From: a virus | Virus record (IMG/VR): IMGVR_UViG_3300027833_000028 | Coordinates: 24,599-88,598 of that record | Length of the DNA: 64,000 nucleotides | Reading direction: 5' to 3' (one strand) | Shown here: positions 10,027 through 20,732 of the stretch, piece after piece | Layout of the letters: every line of letters begins with the position of its first letter | Numbering within the stretch: position 1 is the first letter of the stretch | Translations under genes and position numbers: made by a program | Notes under the pieces: model-generated | The model's database searches: none | What the model was told of the DNA's origin: nothing | The model's input: the letters and a program-made list of their open reading frames with translations, nothing else

Positions 10027-13000
10027 ATGGCAAAAAAGAAATCTTCTTCACCAAGGGGTACACAGGGTCAAGGATCATCCTCAGTAAATACAAATTCATT
10101 TACAAAAGGAATGAACAAAGATGTTACACCTTCCTTTGAAAGTAAAGAGTCATGGTGGCATGCACGTAATGTAGCAAACAATTCTGAAGATGGAGATTTA
10201 GGAATAATAGGGAATGAGCCATCAAATTTATTGTGTGGTGTTATTCCATATACTGTTATTGGAGCAATACATAGATATGGTGATGAATGGATTATTTATT
10301 CCACGGATAATATAAATTCTGAGATAGGAACTTTTGATGATAGTGAATGTAAGTATACAGCTTTAGTAAATGATCAATGTTTAAATTTTAATAAGAAATT
10401 TTTAATAACAGGTGCATCTAAAGAAAACTTTGACTGTACATGGCAAGTATATTGGGATGATGGAAACAATCCATCTAGAACATTAAATATTGATAAGATT
10501 CCATGGAAACAAGAACAAATTACAGGTCCAGATATTAATGGATCTGATTGTGTTGAGTTTGCAGATATAATACCAAGAACATTAAATTGTGAAAAAATAA
10601 GATTAGCACCGTTAGTAGATACACCTTGTGTTGAAATAACACAATCAGTTGATTCAGGTCAAGTAGCTAATGGAGCATATCAAGCATTTATAGCTTACAC
10701 AGAGAATGAACAAAAAATAGGGGATTACATTGGTATATCTAATATACAAACTATATTTAGTCATTTAGGTACTAATGGTTCATTAGATATATCTGTATCT
10801 AATTTAGATGAAAAGTATGACTATTATGAATTAGTTATATTAAGAAGAAATCAAGGTCAAACATCTGCAAAAAAGATAGGTCTCTACAGCACTCAACAAA
10901 AGCAAATTAATATTGATTATATAGATGAGGCATTGGTTGCTATTGATTTAGTACAAATTCCTTTGATGAGTCCAGCTTATGAAAAGTCTGAATCAATGTT
11001 TGTTGTAAATGATTGGCTTATTAGACAGGGGCCTGTTGAACAATTTGATTTTAATTATCAACCTATAGCAAATGATATAAAAGTGGAATGGGTTACTAAT
11101 TCAGTACCATCTAATTATTATCATAAAGGAGGAAATAAATATAATTTTCTAAGGGATGAACAGTATGCATTTTTTATAAGATGGATATACAATACAGGTG
11201 AAAGATCTTCTTCATATCATATCCCAGGTAGAGCTCCAGAAGTAGTTGATATAGGAGGTGTACCATATAATGAAGATCAACTTTTCAATGGTGCTAATGT
11301 ATTAAATACTATAGATGGTGAAAAACTATTTAAAGTATATAATACTGCTACTGTTGAAAGCACAGCTGTAAGTCAGTTACCTGATGGTTCAACAATAACA
11401 TCAAGAGGTAAAATGGGTTTTTGGGAATCTACAGAAAGATATCCAAATGAACCAGATATTTGGGGTGATCTATGTGGTAAATTTATTAGGCATCATAAAA
11501 TGCCTACTGAGGAAACTGGACCTTCTGTAGCTTTATCAAATACAGGAAATGATTTAATAAATCTTTTAGGTGTTCAATTTAATAATATTGGTAGACCTAA
11601 ATATAATGATGGTACATATATTCCAAATGTAGTAGGTTATGAGTTATTAAAAGGTTCAAGACTAGGAGCTAAATCTATATTAGGAAAAGGCTTGTTTAGA
11701 AACATGCGTAAATATGAAGTACCTAATCCTGAAGACTTAATAGGTAATGGGGTACAGGGATTATATCCTAACCATCCATACAATGATTTAAGACCTGATG
11801 TATATTTTCAGAATGGAACAAATGATAAATTAACAAATGGGTGTGATAAATTTGGTGATTCAATAACTAGGTTTAAACCTTTAGGTTTTGCAGGAATAGT
11901 AAATGGTGAACAATCAGGATATTCTCAATCAGTTTTTACATTTTCATCACCTGACTTAAACTTTACAAAGCCTTTTTTAAATGCATATGAGACACGTTTA
12001 TATGGTCAGATATCAGGTAGGTCATCAGGATACTTTATACCATCAGAAGATCACCCTAAACAAAAAATAATAAGAGGTATTGCTGCATTTGCTGCAGCTA
12101 TAATTGGGTTTGGATATGCAATACATCAATTAAGAGGTACTACTGGTAGAAATGCCACAAGTAATAGTACTAATTTATCTAGTACAACAGTTAAAGGTGA
12201 AGAAATTATAGGTAAAAGACAAGGAGGGGGTGGTGGATTTGTAAGTTTAACGGTACCACCCGGTGTTGCAACAGTAAACTTAAATAATAGAAATGGTGGA
12301 GAGATTTCTGGTGGTGATTTTCAAGGACCATGGGATGATAGGTTTGATGATTATATTGATGCTGCTAGGGACGAGGCTATAAGATCTGGAGAGGATTCCG
12401 GAACTCTAATGAACTCTAGTGGAACAATAGATTTTGCCCCTGAGTCAGGAGCTCAAGGAGGATTTGGTTTAGCTGGTTTAGCTGATTTATATGCTGGTGG
12501 TAGTGCTACAGATAATGCTGAACAAAGAAACGCTGATGATAATGCTGAAGAAGGTGCAATACCAGGTGTTCAAAGTGGTAAAGTAGAAACAAGTAAATTA
12601 AAAGATACTAATATATCAAACTTACCAAGGTTTCTTAGAGTAGTTACAAATATATTAAGCATGCAAACCAACATTGCCATTGCAGGTAATGAAATTATTG
12701 ATGGTTTTTATAACTCAACTGACTTCCGTGATTACATGTGGAAGTACAATTCTGATGGACAATTTACAGATTTTACTCCTGTTAGTAGTGGTTTATGGAG
12801 AATTAAGAATGAAGACTCAAATTATATAGGTTCTTCTTTTCAAACTTTTGATAATGGTAAATATAAAATAAATAATTTATTTAGACCAAGCACAGTTGCT
12901 GTTTCATTAAGTCAAAATATAGATGACCCTACTGTACAAGATAATTCTAGATTTGTGGTAGGAGGTTCAGTTAATGCTGATGGTACTGATAATGTTCATA

Positions 13001-16000
13001 GTGATGATTATTTTATATCACCCGGTAAAGACAATCCACGTAGTTCAAATATATCAGGACATTATGGTGCATTAAAGTTTAACTTTGATAATCAATACGG
13101 TCAACTATCCGGTATAAAACAAATACCTATGAGAGGTTGTGTTGAATTACTAGATCCTGAAAAACCTCTAGCATATTTATATTCTTCTCAACCAATATTT
13201 GCAGGGGATACATTTGTTGGAAGATATACTGAAAAAAATATTATGCCTATATACACTAGGTATTTATTAGGTCAACCTGATGGGTTTACATTTGATTATG
13301 CTTTGTATGTGAATATACCATACCCAAGATATTGGATGAATTCACAAAGGTTTGATATAACTAACTTAGCTAGAGCAATATCAAGTTTAGGTCTCTCAGG
13401 TATATTTGGTGGATGGGATGATATAGTTCCAAATGATTTATACTATCTAGACAGGGGAGAAAACTCATGTAGTGATATGTTTGATGCATCTACATGGAAT
13501 GGTGATGATCCTAATGGCTTCTTTGAAATGAGATATGCATATGGATATACACATACTAATGGTATATTAGATTTTTATACTGAGTCAGATGTAAATTTAG
13601 CTAATAGAGATTGGGAAGATGAACCTAAGAAAAGAATATATGAACCATATGATTACAATGATGTAGATGAATTGTTTCATGCAAAAATTGAGAAGGCAGA
13701 TAACTTTTACAAATATGATGACTCATTAAGCCCAAGCAAGTTTCCTACACAAATGACAAGCTTTGGTTTATTACAACCTTTGGATTATGATCCAATAACA
13801 GCTGAGGAGTGTTTTGTAAATTATCCTAAAAGATTAATATATTCACTACAAGCACAAGAAGAATCTAAGAAAGATTTTTGGAGAGTCTTTTTACAAAATA
13901 ATTATAAAGACTTTAAGAATGATGTTAGTGTAATTAAACCTATAAATAAAAATGGTGCATTAATATTTTTCCCTCATCTATCTCCTCAAATGTTTCAAGG
14001 TCTTGATACATTGAAGACTCAATTAAATACAAAACTTACAATAGGTGATGGAGGATTATTTAGTCAACCATTTCAAAATGTTGCTAATGCAGATTTATCA
14101 AATGAGTATGGCTCATCAGAAAGTTTAAGGGGTGTAATAAATACTCCATTAGGTTTATTTTTTATATCTCAAGCACAAGGTAAAATATTTCAATATGGTG
14201 GTAAAGGTTTAGATCCTATATCTAATCAAGGTATGAAATGGTGGTTTGCAAAATACTTGCCATCTAAATTTATAAAACAATTCCCTAACTCTGAAAAATC
14301 TGTTTGGTCAGATAATCCAGTTGCAGGAGTTGGATGTCATGTTATTTATGATTCAGTAGATGACATAGTATATTTTATGAAAAAGGATTACCAGCTTAAA
14401 CCACAATATATAGCCGGAGCAGAATTTACAAATAGTATAACTAAGCCAGTTACAATTACTTTAGGTACTACACTTATTCCTGTAGATATAGGTGATCCAA
14501 TATATTTTGATGATTGTTCATGGACTGTATCATATGATCCAAAAGCAAAGGCTTGGATATCTTTTCATGATTGGCATCCAGGCTTAGCATTACCTAGCAT
14601 TAATCATTTCTTTACAACTAATCAATTTGAAGATTTAGATAATCCACAGTGTCCACCAGGTTATACATTTAATCCAGTAAATGGTTTATGTGAAATAAGT
14701 ATAAACGAAACAGAATTATCAGAAGTAACTATAGATAATGTTGCAGCTACTGTTACAGGTGGAGCAACGAATTGTTTATTAGATATTGTTATTGCAATGG
14801 ATGTATCAGGAAGTACTACACCAGCTGGTCCTCCACAATATATTCCTATGCAGTTTATTGGAGGAAATCAAGTTCCCGGTACAGGAGTCATGGGAGATAC
14901 ACAAAACTCAACTGCACAACTACGTTGGTTAGATGTATTTATGAATAGCCCTGAAGTAACAACCGCATTGGCTGCAGGCACAATGCAAATAGGTACTACA
15001 ATGTGGGCAGACAATAGCACTCAACTACTTCAGGGAACAGTAAGTATGAGTAATACAGCAACAGGTGCATCACTATGTAATCTGTATACTGCAGCTTGGC
15101 CTGGTGGTGGGGGTACTGATGCTGATAATGCTATTTTTGGTTCTGGGGGAATTAATAATCCTTTAGGAGGTAATGGAGGGTTAGCAATGCTAAACAATAA
15201 AGCTGCCTCTAGCTTAAGTGCAAGTTACCCAGCAAGAACACAAGACCCTAGTTTTAAGCAAATTTTAATTGTTGTTACAGATGGAACAGGAGGAGATCAA
15301 GCAACTCAAAATCCAAACGGTACACCTCAATATCAATCACCTCTGATTAATTCAGGTACACAGCCAAATCCTAATACTGGTAATTGGGCATCTGGAGCAA
15401 ATCAATCAGCATTGATAGATTTGCAAGATAGTCAGAAGCAAGAAATTTATGCTGTTTATTGTGGATCAACTGATCCAGTACCAGGTACTTCTGCATTATT
15501 AGATAGTATTAGTAATTCAACATATAATGTTGGTATTGGACCGGGCCCAAATCAATATGCAATGGCAGCTAATAATAATAATTCATTGCTGCTTTCAGCA
15601 ACAGCAATAGCTGGTGATGTTTGTTCTACACCTTTTGTATGTGAATGCCCTACAGGTTACACACTAGTTTACCCTGACCCAACTACATCAACATATAGTT
15701 CAGCTACTGGTACATGTACTGATGATCCAGTTGAAAGACCTATATGTAGAAAAGTAGAATGTGAATGTCCACCAGCTACAGTACCTGGAACAGTTATAAC
15801 AGAGCTAGGAACTTGTCCAGACAGTGCACCATTGATTTATCAAATTGGTGATCCTAATTTTGTACAAACTGATCCTGCTCAATGTAATTACTTTTATTAC
15901 GTAAGTACACAAGCTAATTATGTATATGGTGGTATTTGGAGGCATAATGTACGTTGTGATTCATTTGCTAATTATTATACTACAGATTACCCATGGGAGA

Positions 16001-16545
16001 TTGATTTAATTTCTAACACTGGCCAATCAGTAAACACAGTAAGAAGCTTTGAATACCAATTAGAAACTTATGTATATAAAGGAGATCCACAATACAACAT
16101 GTGTGGTGGTGATAAGTGGGAGGATTTAGATTTTAATTTTGATGCTTCCATTATATATAACAATGATCAGGTTTCAGGTTTATTAGTGTTAAATCCACAA
16201 CCTGTAAATAACCCTTGGAATAATTTAACTTATCCAATAGTAAATCTAAATAGTATAGATGTATTAGTATCTAAAGTAGAACACAAATTTAGGTTTAATC
16301 AGTTTTGGGATATAACTAATGATAGAGGAGAATTTACAAATGTTGAGCAATCAATATTTAATACAGAGTCTAATGGTTATATTAGACCATTAAATACTCT
16401 TAATTTAAATTATCAAAAATCACCTACACAACGTAAAAAGTTTAGACACTATTCTAATAATTTAATTTTACGTAGGAATGTATCAGGAAACAGAAAGATG
16501 TTATTGAGATTAAATAATACTAAACTTTTACTATCACAAAGATAA
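10027..16545 (+). CDS. Tail stabilisation/muzzle protein (P22 gp10-like, crAss-type) with inserted vWA domain
   Basis: N-terminal NSFTKGMNKD; late WTVSYD..KAWISFHDW...IWRHN; beta-propeller-like composition; DVSGS MIDAS at 14800. Confidence 0.7.
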   Translation: MAKKKSSSPRGTQGQGSSSVNTNSFTKGMNKDVTPSFESKESWWHARNVANNSEDGDLGIIGNEPSNLLCGVIPYTVIGAIHRYGDEWIIYSTDNINSEIGTFDDSECKYTALVNDQCLNFNKKFLITGASKENFDCTWQVYWDDGNNPSRTLNIDKIPWKQEQITGPDINGSDCVEFADIIPRTLNCEKIRLAPLVDTPCVEITQSVDSGQVANGAYQAFIAYTENEQKIGDYIGISNIQTIFSHLGTNGSLDISVSNLDEKYDYYELVILRRNQGQTSAKKIGLYSTQQKQINIDYIDEALVAIDLVQIPLMSPAYEKSESMFVVNDWLIRQGPVEQFDFNYQPIANDIKVEWVTNSVPSNYYHKGGNKYNFLRDEQYAFFIRWIYNTGERSSSYHIPGRAPEVVDIGGVPYNEDQLFNGANVLNTIDGEKLFKVYNTATVESTAVSQLPDGSTITSRGKMGFWESTERYPNEPDIWGDLCGKFIRHHKMPTEETGPSVALSNTGNDLINLLGVQFNNIGRPKYNDGTYIPNVVGYELLKGSRLGAKSILGKGLFRNMRKYEVPNPEDLIGNGVQGLYPNHPYNDLRPDVYFQNGTNDKLTNGCDKFGDSITRFKPLGFAGIVNGEQSGYSQSVFTFSSPDLNFTKPFLNAYETRLYGQISGRSSGYFIPSEDHPKQKIIRGIAAFAAAIIGFGYAIHQLRGTTGRNATSNSTNLSSTTVKGEEIIGKRQGGGGGFVSLTVPPGVATVNLNNRNGGEISGGDFQGPWDDRFDDYIDAARDEAIRSGEDSGTLMNSSGTIDFAPESGAQGGFGLAGLADLYAGGSATDNAEQRNADDNAEEGAIPGVQSGKVETSKLKDTNISNLPRFLRVVTNILSMQTNIAIAGNEIIDGFYNSTDFRDYMWKYNSDGQFTDFTPVSSGLWRIKNEDSNYIGSSFQTFDNGKYKINNLFRPSTVAVSLSQNIDDPTVQDNSRFVVGGSVNADGTDNVHSDDYFISPGKDNPRSSNISGHYGALKFNFDNQYGQLSGIKQIPMRGCVELLDPEKPLAYLYSSQPIFAGDTFVGRYTEKNIMPIYTRYLLGQPDGFTFDYALYVNIPYPRYWMNSQRFDITNLARAISSLGLSGIFGGWDDIVPNDLYYLDRGENSCSDMFDASTWNGDDPNGFFEMRYAYGYTHTNGILDFYTESDVNLANRDWEDEPKKRIYEPYDYNDVDELFHAKIEKADNFYKYDDSLSPSKFPTQMTSFGLLQPLDYDPITAEECFVNYPKRLIYSLQAQEESKKDFWRVFLQNNYKDFKNDVSVIKPINKNGALIFFPHLSPQMFQGLDTLKTQLNTKLTIGDGGLFSQPFQNVANADLSNEYGSSESLRGVINTPLGLFFISQAQGKIFQYGGKGLDPISNQGMKWWFAKYLPSKFIKQFPNSEKSVWSDNPVAGVGCHVIYDSVDDIVYFMKKDYQLKPQYIAGAEFTNSITKPVTITLGTTLIPVDIGDPIYFDDCSWTVSYDPKAKAWISFHDWHPGLALPSINHFFTTNQFEDLDNPQCPPGYTFNPVNGLCEISINETELSEVTIDNVAATVTGGATNCLLDIVIAMDVSGSTTPAGPPQYIPMQFIGGNQVPGTGVMGDTQNSTAQLRWLDVFMNSPEVTTALAAGTMQIGTTMWADNSTQLLQGTVSMSNTATGASLCNLYTAAWPGGGGTDADNAIFGSGGINNPLGGNGGLAMLNNKAASSLSASYPARTQDPSFKQILIVVTDGTGGDQATQNPNGTPQYQSPLINSGTQPNPNTGNWASGANQSALIDLQDSQKQEIYAVYCGSTDPVPGTSALLDSISNSTYNVGIGPGPNQYAMAANNNNSLLLSATAIAGDVCSTPFVCECPTGYTLVYPDPTTSTYSSATGTCTDDPVERPICRKVECECPPATVPGTVITELGTCPDSAPLIYQIGDPNFVQTDPAQCNYFYYVSTQANYVYGGIWRHNVRCDSFANYYTTDYPWEIDLISNTGQSVNTVRSFEYQLETYVYKGDPQYNMCGGDKWEDLDFNFDASIIYNNDQVSGLLVLNPQPVNNPWNNLTYPIVNLNSIDVLVSKVEHKFRFNQFWDITNDRGEFTNVEQSIFNTESNGYIRPLNTLNLNYQKSPTQRKKFRHYSNNLILRRNVSGNRKMLLRLNNTKLLLSQR

Positions 16546-19500
16546 TGGCACATAAAAAAAGCACAGGACTTAAAGGAGGACCAAATGAATATATAACAGA
16601 TATATCTGAATTTGTTTCTATAGAAGGATATAAAAGAAATAGTCCTGATGTAAACAATCCGTACAACATTATTGAGTCAGGTAATATTACTATGGAAGGT
16701 GTAGACTTTCCTGTTAGGGGATATGGTAATAATGGTATGGTTCAGGATATGATACCAGGGGTAGAAAATTATGATTATGGTAATGCAGACTATGTTGTTG
16801 AAGTACCAATAGCAAAACGTGGTGGTGGATTACTAGACAAAACCATGAAGTGCAACAGCTGTAGTTGGGAATGGAAAGCTGCTGATGGTGGATCTGATAT
16901 AGACACATGTCACAAATGTGGAGGCAAAGCTTTACCAAAAGCCCAAAATGCAGGAGAAACAGGTAATGCTGTAGTATTTGTAGAATCACCTACAAGAGAT
17001 AAACATACATATGATCTTTATGATACTTCAAAGAAAAACTTACCTGCTGAATTATTACAATTTAAAGAAGACTTTAATTTTGGTGAGAGTATGCTTCAAG
17101 GTCTTTATGGTGATATGTCAAAAGAAAAACTTGATAATAAATATTTAAAGTTTTTAAATGGATTATATAAGGATTTATATAATCAAGAACGTCAATCTGA
17201 CATAGATGGTGAAGCTTCGGATCAAATACATGCACAACGAATGCAAGTTTATAAAGTTATACAAGGTGAAGAAAAGAAAATTGATCAGAAGTATGAAGAA
17301 GAGATTGACCTTTATGGTCAAATGGTAAACCTTGGTCAGGAAAGTTTTAATAATAGTGAGTTGAATCCAAGGACTATATCAATGGATTCTACGTTTTACA
17401 AAGAAGCGGAGAATCTTAAAAAAGTTTATGCAAGGCTACATCCAAATTCTAATGTTGATATAGTTCCTATATATGATAACCCTGATTTAGTGAGAGATAA
17501 AGTTGCTGGGTTAAATCCAAATGATTCAATGTATTTTTTTGGTCATAGTGGAGATAGGATGGGTGGTATACCAAATGAAGAAATAGCAACTATTTTAGGA
17601 GGCTCTAAAGCAGAGAATTGTTATTTGGGTACTTGTGAATTAGAAGGGCAAGAACTACAACCATTTCAAGAAGCTCTACAAGGAAAGAATCTTCAATATA
17701 GACCTGCAGGTTCTTGGTGGGGAGTAAACCCAAGTGGAAGTTCAATAGAAGATGCTATGTGGTCTAGAGTTACTAAAGATTGGTCAGACCCTCTTGGTAC
17801 AGGACGAACTGCAACAGTAGTAAAACCTAAATTAGGAAAAGATTATAATAAAGAACAAGACGGTGGACAACCCACACAACCTGAAACATGGCAAGATACA
17901 ATTAACTATATTGATCAAGAAAAATTAAAAAGAGCAATTGCTCAGGCAGAAAGTTTAAATGGTAAACTTATGAAAAACCCTGACTCAACTGCTTCTGGAT
18001 TATATGGTCAACGTTTTTCAGAATTACAAAAGGGTAAATTATATGATGGCACAAGAGATGAGTTTATAGCTGATTTAGATGCACAGAATAGGATGTTTGA
18101 TGTTAGACTTAATGAAGGTTTTAAATCAAATAAGACTACACCTTTATTAAAGGACGCATATGATTTAATGAATGAGTATAAACCTCAGATTGAAAACTTT
18201 GATTTCTCTTATGAGGACATTATATCTTTATCTAATTTTTTAGGCAGACAAGGTGCAAGAGAGTATTTAGGAAATGTAATTAGAGATGGTAAAACTTTAC
18301 AAGATGTATATCCTAAGTTATATGGAGACTCTGTTGAGCAAGCAAATAAAACACCTGAAGAATATTTAAATATAACAAGAGGGTATTATAAACAATATGC
18401 TGGTGAAATAAATGAAGTTGTTCAAGACAACACAAGAGTTGCTCCACGTATTATTAGAGACTTACCTGACTTAGGATTTCAACCTCAAAGTCCATTGCAA
18501 CAATTTTTAATTGATGCTGAGTCAGAATTAGATTTATTAAATATAAATAATAGAACAGTAGCTCAAGATAATACTGCTGTTACCAGACGGTTTGAACCAC
18601 CAATTAATATTGGCGATAGCAGAGCAATAGTTGATTATGACCAAATTGTAGGTGATATCCGTCAAGAAAATGATTTAGAAGAGTCATTATATGATAGTCC
18701 TGCATTGATTGCAGAGTTTATTAGGAAATCAAATGAGTATGCATCAGGGTGGAAAGATATGACAGATGCATCTGATGCAGAAGTAAGAGATCTACAAAAT
18801 GTTTTATTAGGTAAAGGTTATGGTATTGGACCAACAGGTGCTGATGGTGATTATGGAACAAAAACATTAGCAGCTCATAGAGCTATGGTAGATGATACAA
18901 ATCTAAATCCATCAGCAATATCAAGATATTATAATAAATTTAATTTAGATAATAAACAAGAAGTAATGGGTATTCAGAAAATTCTTGTTGATAAAGGATT
19001 TTTAGCTCCTACATTAATTGGTAAACAGTCAACTAGTATTGATGGCAAATTTGGTAATCAAACTAAAGATGCATTGGATGCATTTAATACAGAGAATGCT
19101 GAAGATGATCCTCAAGCTCTTGTTTTTGATTATATACCAAGTACATTAGAAGAGCCTAGATGTGCGGCAGGTATGTGTCAGATATTAGAAGGAAACCAAG
19201 TTTTAACAGATGCACTGGGTGTTAAGTTTAAAGATGCTTGGGACATATTTGAAAATATGACTGAGTCTAAAAACAGTGATAGTATATTTAATATATATGA
19301 TGATAAAGCATTTGATAATGTTAGTTCAGTAGAAGATTTAAAAAGAATTACAAAAAAAGTAAAAAGAAAAAAACAAACAACAGAGAGTGATTATGAAATT
19401 GGAGATATTGTAGGTTTGTACTGGGATGGTTCATCTCATCATAATGAAACATTAAGTTCAAAAACACATAATACTCATAGTGGTTTTGTGTCAGATATAG

Positions 19501-20672
19501 TTGATGGTGTACCTATTATAACTCATAATGTAAATGGTAATGTTAGACAACAACCTTATAATGAATTGGTAACAGCATGGATTAGAAGACCTAATGAAAA
19601 CTTAGATATCAAATCTCAATATAATGTAGATGGTATTGAAGAGATGCAATTTGACTCAAGTGGAATTCAAAATTTAGCTTTTAGATATTCTGGAACTGAT
19701 GTTGATGATAAAGTTGTATATGAGGGAGAAAGACTTGAGCAACTTGAAAATATATTTAAAAGAGTACAATTTAATGCTAATAAAATACCAAAAATATTAA
19801 ATTCTTCTGTAGATAGTAAATGGTTAGAGTCAACTGTAGTTGGTATAACTGGAGTTGAGACAGGAGTTGGGAAAACTGTTCCAAGAACTGTAGAAGATTA
19901 TGGTAGACTTAGAAACTTGGTGTATGATGCTAAGGGTAAAAAAGATGAAGATGTTTCATTGGGTATTGGTAAAACTAAATTTAATTCATTAGATAGTTTT
20001 GCAAAAGAATATTTTGACATAAAGTCTGTAGATGATTTAGCAGAAGACAATAAAGGTATTGATGCAGTTACATATATGATTACAAAAAATTATGAACTCT
20101 TTAAAGATTATTCTAAGACATATCCTCAATTAGGTTTAACAGAAACGGATATAAGAAATATGACTATATTATCATACAACCAAGGAGCCAGTAGATTATT
20201 AAAAACTGGACGTGTAGATGATAATAGAAGTGCACAAGAAGAGGTAGATGCTTTAAGAGAACTATATGATGCTACTTTACTGGACATTAGTTCAACTAAT
20301 TATAAACATGTACCTCTTGTAGCTGATGCTGCTTTTAAAGTAGGTCAAATGATACCAGAATTTTTGCCTGGATCTGTAAGACCATCTGATTCCTATATTA
20401 AAAAAGTAAATCAATATAGAGCAGATGTATTTCCAGAAACATTTGCTTCTGTAGAAGAAGATATTTCCCCTTTTGAGATGTCATCTATGGCGCAGGGAGG
20501 TGAGTATGGTGTATATAATAATTATATATCCGGTAAATATGATGGTACCAGTAGAGAAAAGGGTGCTATGGAATTATATGACAAATTAAATAGAAAGCAT
20601 TATCAAGAAGCAAAACAAACAGGTATGAGTGTTCCTAATTACATTATGAGTCAACTTATAAAAGATTCTTAA
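16545..20672 (+). CDS. Virion-associated multi-domain peptidoglycan hydrolase: Zn ribbon, caspase-like His/Cys domain, two lysozyme/SLT-like domains, two PG-binding domains, CHAP/NlpC-like amidase
   Basis: CNSC..CHKC; FFGHSG..YLGTC; AIAQAES..ASGLYGQ; LQNVL..GY..ADGDYGTKT and IQKIL..GF..IDGKFGNQT; CAAG..GDIV..HSGFV..ITHN; GVETG..SLGIGK..SYNQG; TAATG coupling to the upstream gene. Confidence 0.75.
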   Translation: MAHKKSTGLKGGPNEYITDISEFVSIEGYKRNSPDVNNPYNIIESGNITMEGVDFPVRGYGNNGMVQDMIPGVENYDYGNADYVVEVPIAKRGGGLLDKTMKCNSCSWEWKAADGGSDIDTCHKCGGKALPKAQNAGETGNAVVFVESPTRDKHTYDLYDTSKKNLPAELLQFKEDFNFGESMLQGLYGDMSKEKLDNKYLKFLNGLYKDLYNQERQSDIDGEASDQIHAQRMQVYKVIQGEEKKIDQKYEEEIDLYGQMVNLGQESFNNSELNPRTISMDSTFYKEAENLKKVYARLHPNSNVDIVPIYDNPDLVRDKVAGLNPNDSMYFFGHSGDRMGGIPNEEIATILGGSKAENCYLGTCELEGQELQPFQEALQGKNLQYRPAGSWWGVNPSGSSIEDAMWSRVTKDWSDPLGTGRTATVVKPKLGKDYNKEQDGGQPTQPETWQDTINYIDQEKLKRAIAQAESLNGKLMKNPDSTASGLYGQRFSELQKGKLYDGTRDEFIADLDAQNRMFDVRLNEGFKSNKTTPLLKDAYDLMNEYKPQIENFDFSYEDIISLSNFLGRQGAREYLGNVIRDGKTLQDVYPKLYGDSVEQANKTPEEYLNITRGYYKQYAGEINEVVQDNTRVAPRIIRDLPDLGFQPQSPLQQFLIDAESELDLLNINNRTVAQDNTAVTRRFEPPINIGDSRAIVDYDQIVGDIRQENDLEESLYDSPALIAEFIRKSNEYASGWKDMTDASDAEVRDLQNVLLGKGYGIGPTGADGDYGTKTLAAHRAMVDDTNLNPSAISRYYNKFNLDNKQEVMGIQKILVDKGFLAPTLIGKQSTSIDGKFGNQTKDALDAFNTENAEDDPQALVFDYIPSTLEEPRCAAGMCQILEGNQVLTDALGVKFKDAWDIFENMTESKNSDSIFNIYDDKAFDNVSSVEDLKRITKKVKRKKQTTESDYEIGDIVGLYWDGSSHHNETLSSKTHNTHSGFVSDIVDGVPIITHNVNGNVRQQPYNELVTAWIRRPNENLDIKSQYNVDGIEEMQFDSSGIQNLAFRYSGTDVDDKVVYEGERLEQLENIFKRVQFNANKIPKILNSSVDSKWLESTVVGITGVETGVGKTVPRTVEDYGRLRNLVYDAKGKKDEDVSLGIGKTKFNSLDSFAKEYFDIKSVDDLAEDNKGIDAVTYMITKNYELFKDYSKTYPQLGLTETDIRNMTILSYNQGASRLLKTGRVDDNRSAQEEVDALRELYDATLLDISSTNYKHVPLVADAAFKVGQMIPEFLPGSVRPSDSYIKKVNQYRADVFPETFASVEEDISPFEMSSMAQGGEYGVYNNYISGKYDGTSREKGAMELYDKLNRKHYQEAKQTGMSVPNYIMSQLIKDS

Positions 20673-20702
20673 ACCCTAAAGATTAGTGAATCTCCTTAAT
20701 TA

Positions 20703-20721
20703 TTTGTATATTAATAATATA
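20703..20721 (+). promoter_or_regulatory. Candidate late promoter motif
   Basis: TTTGTATATTAATAATATA just upstream of GTG 20733. Confidence 0.5.
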
Positions 20722-20732
20722 ATATTATCAAC

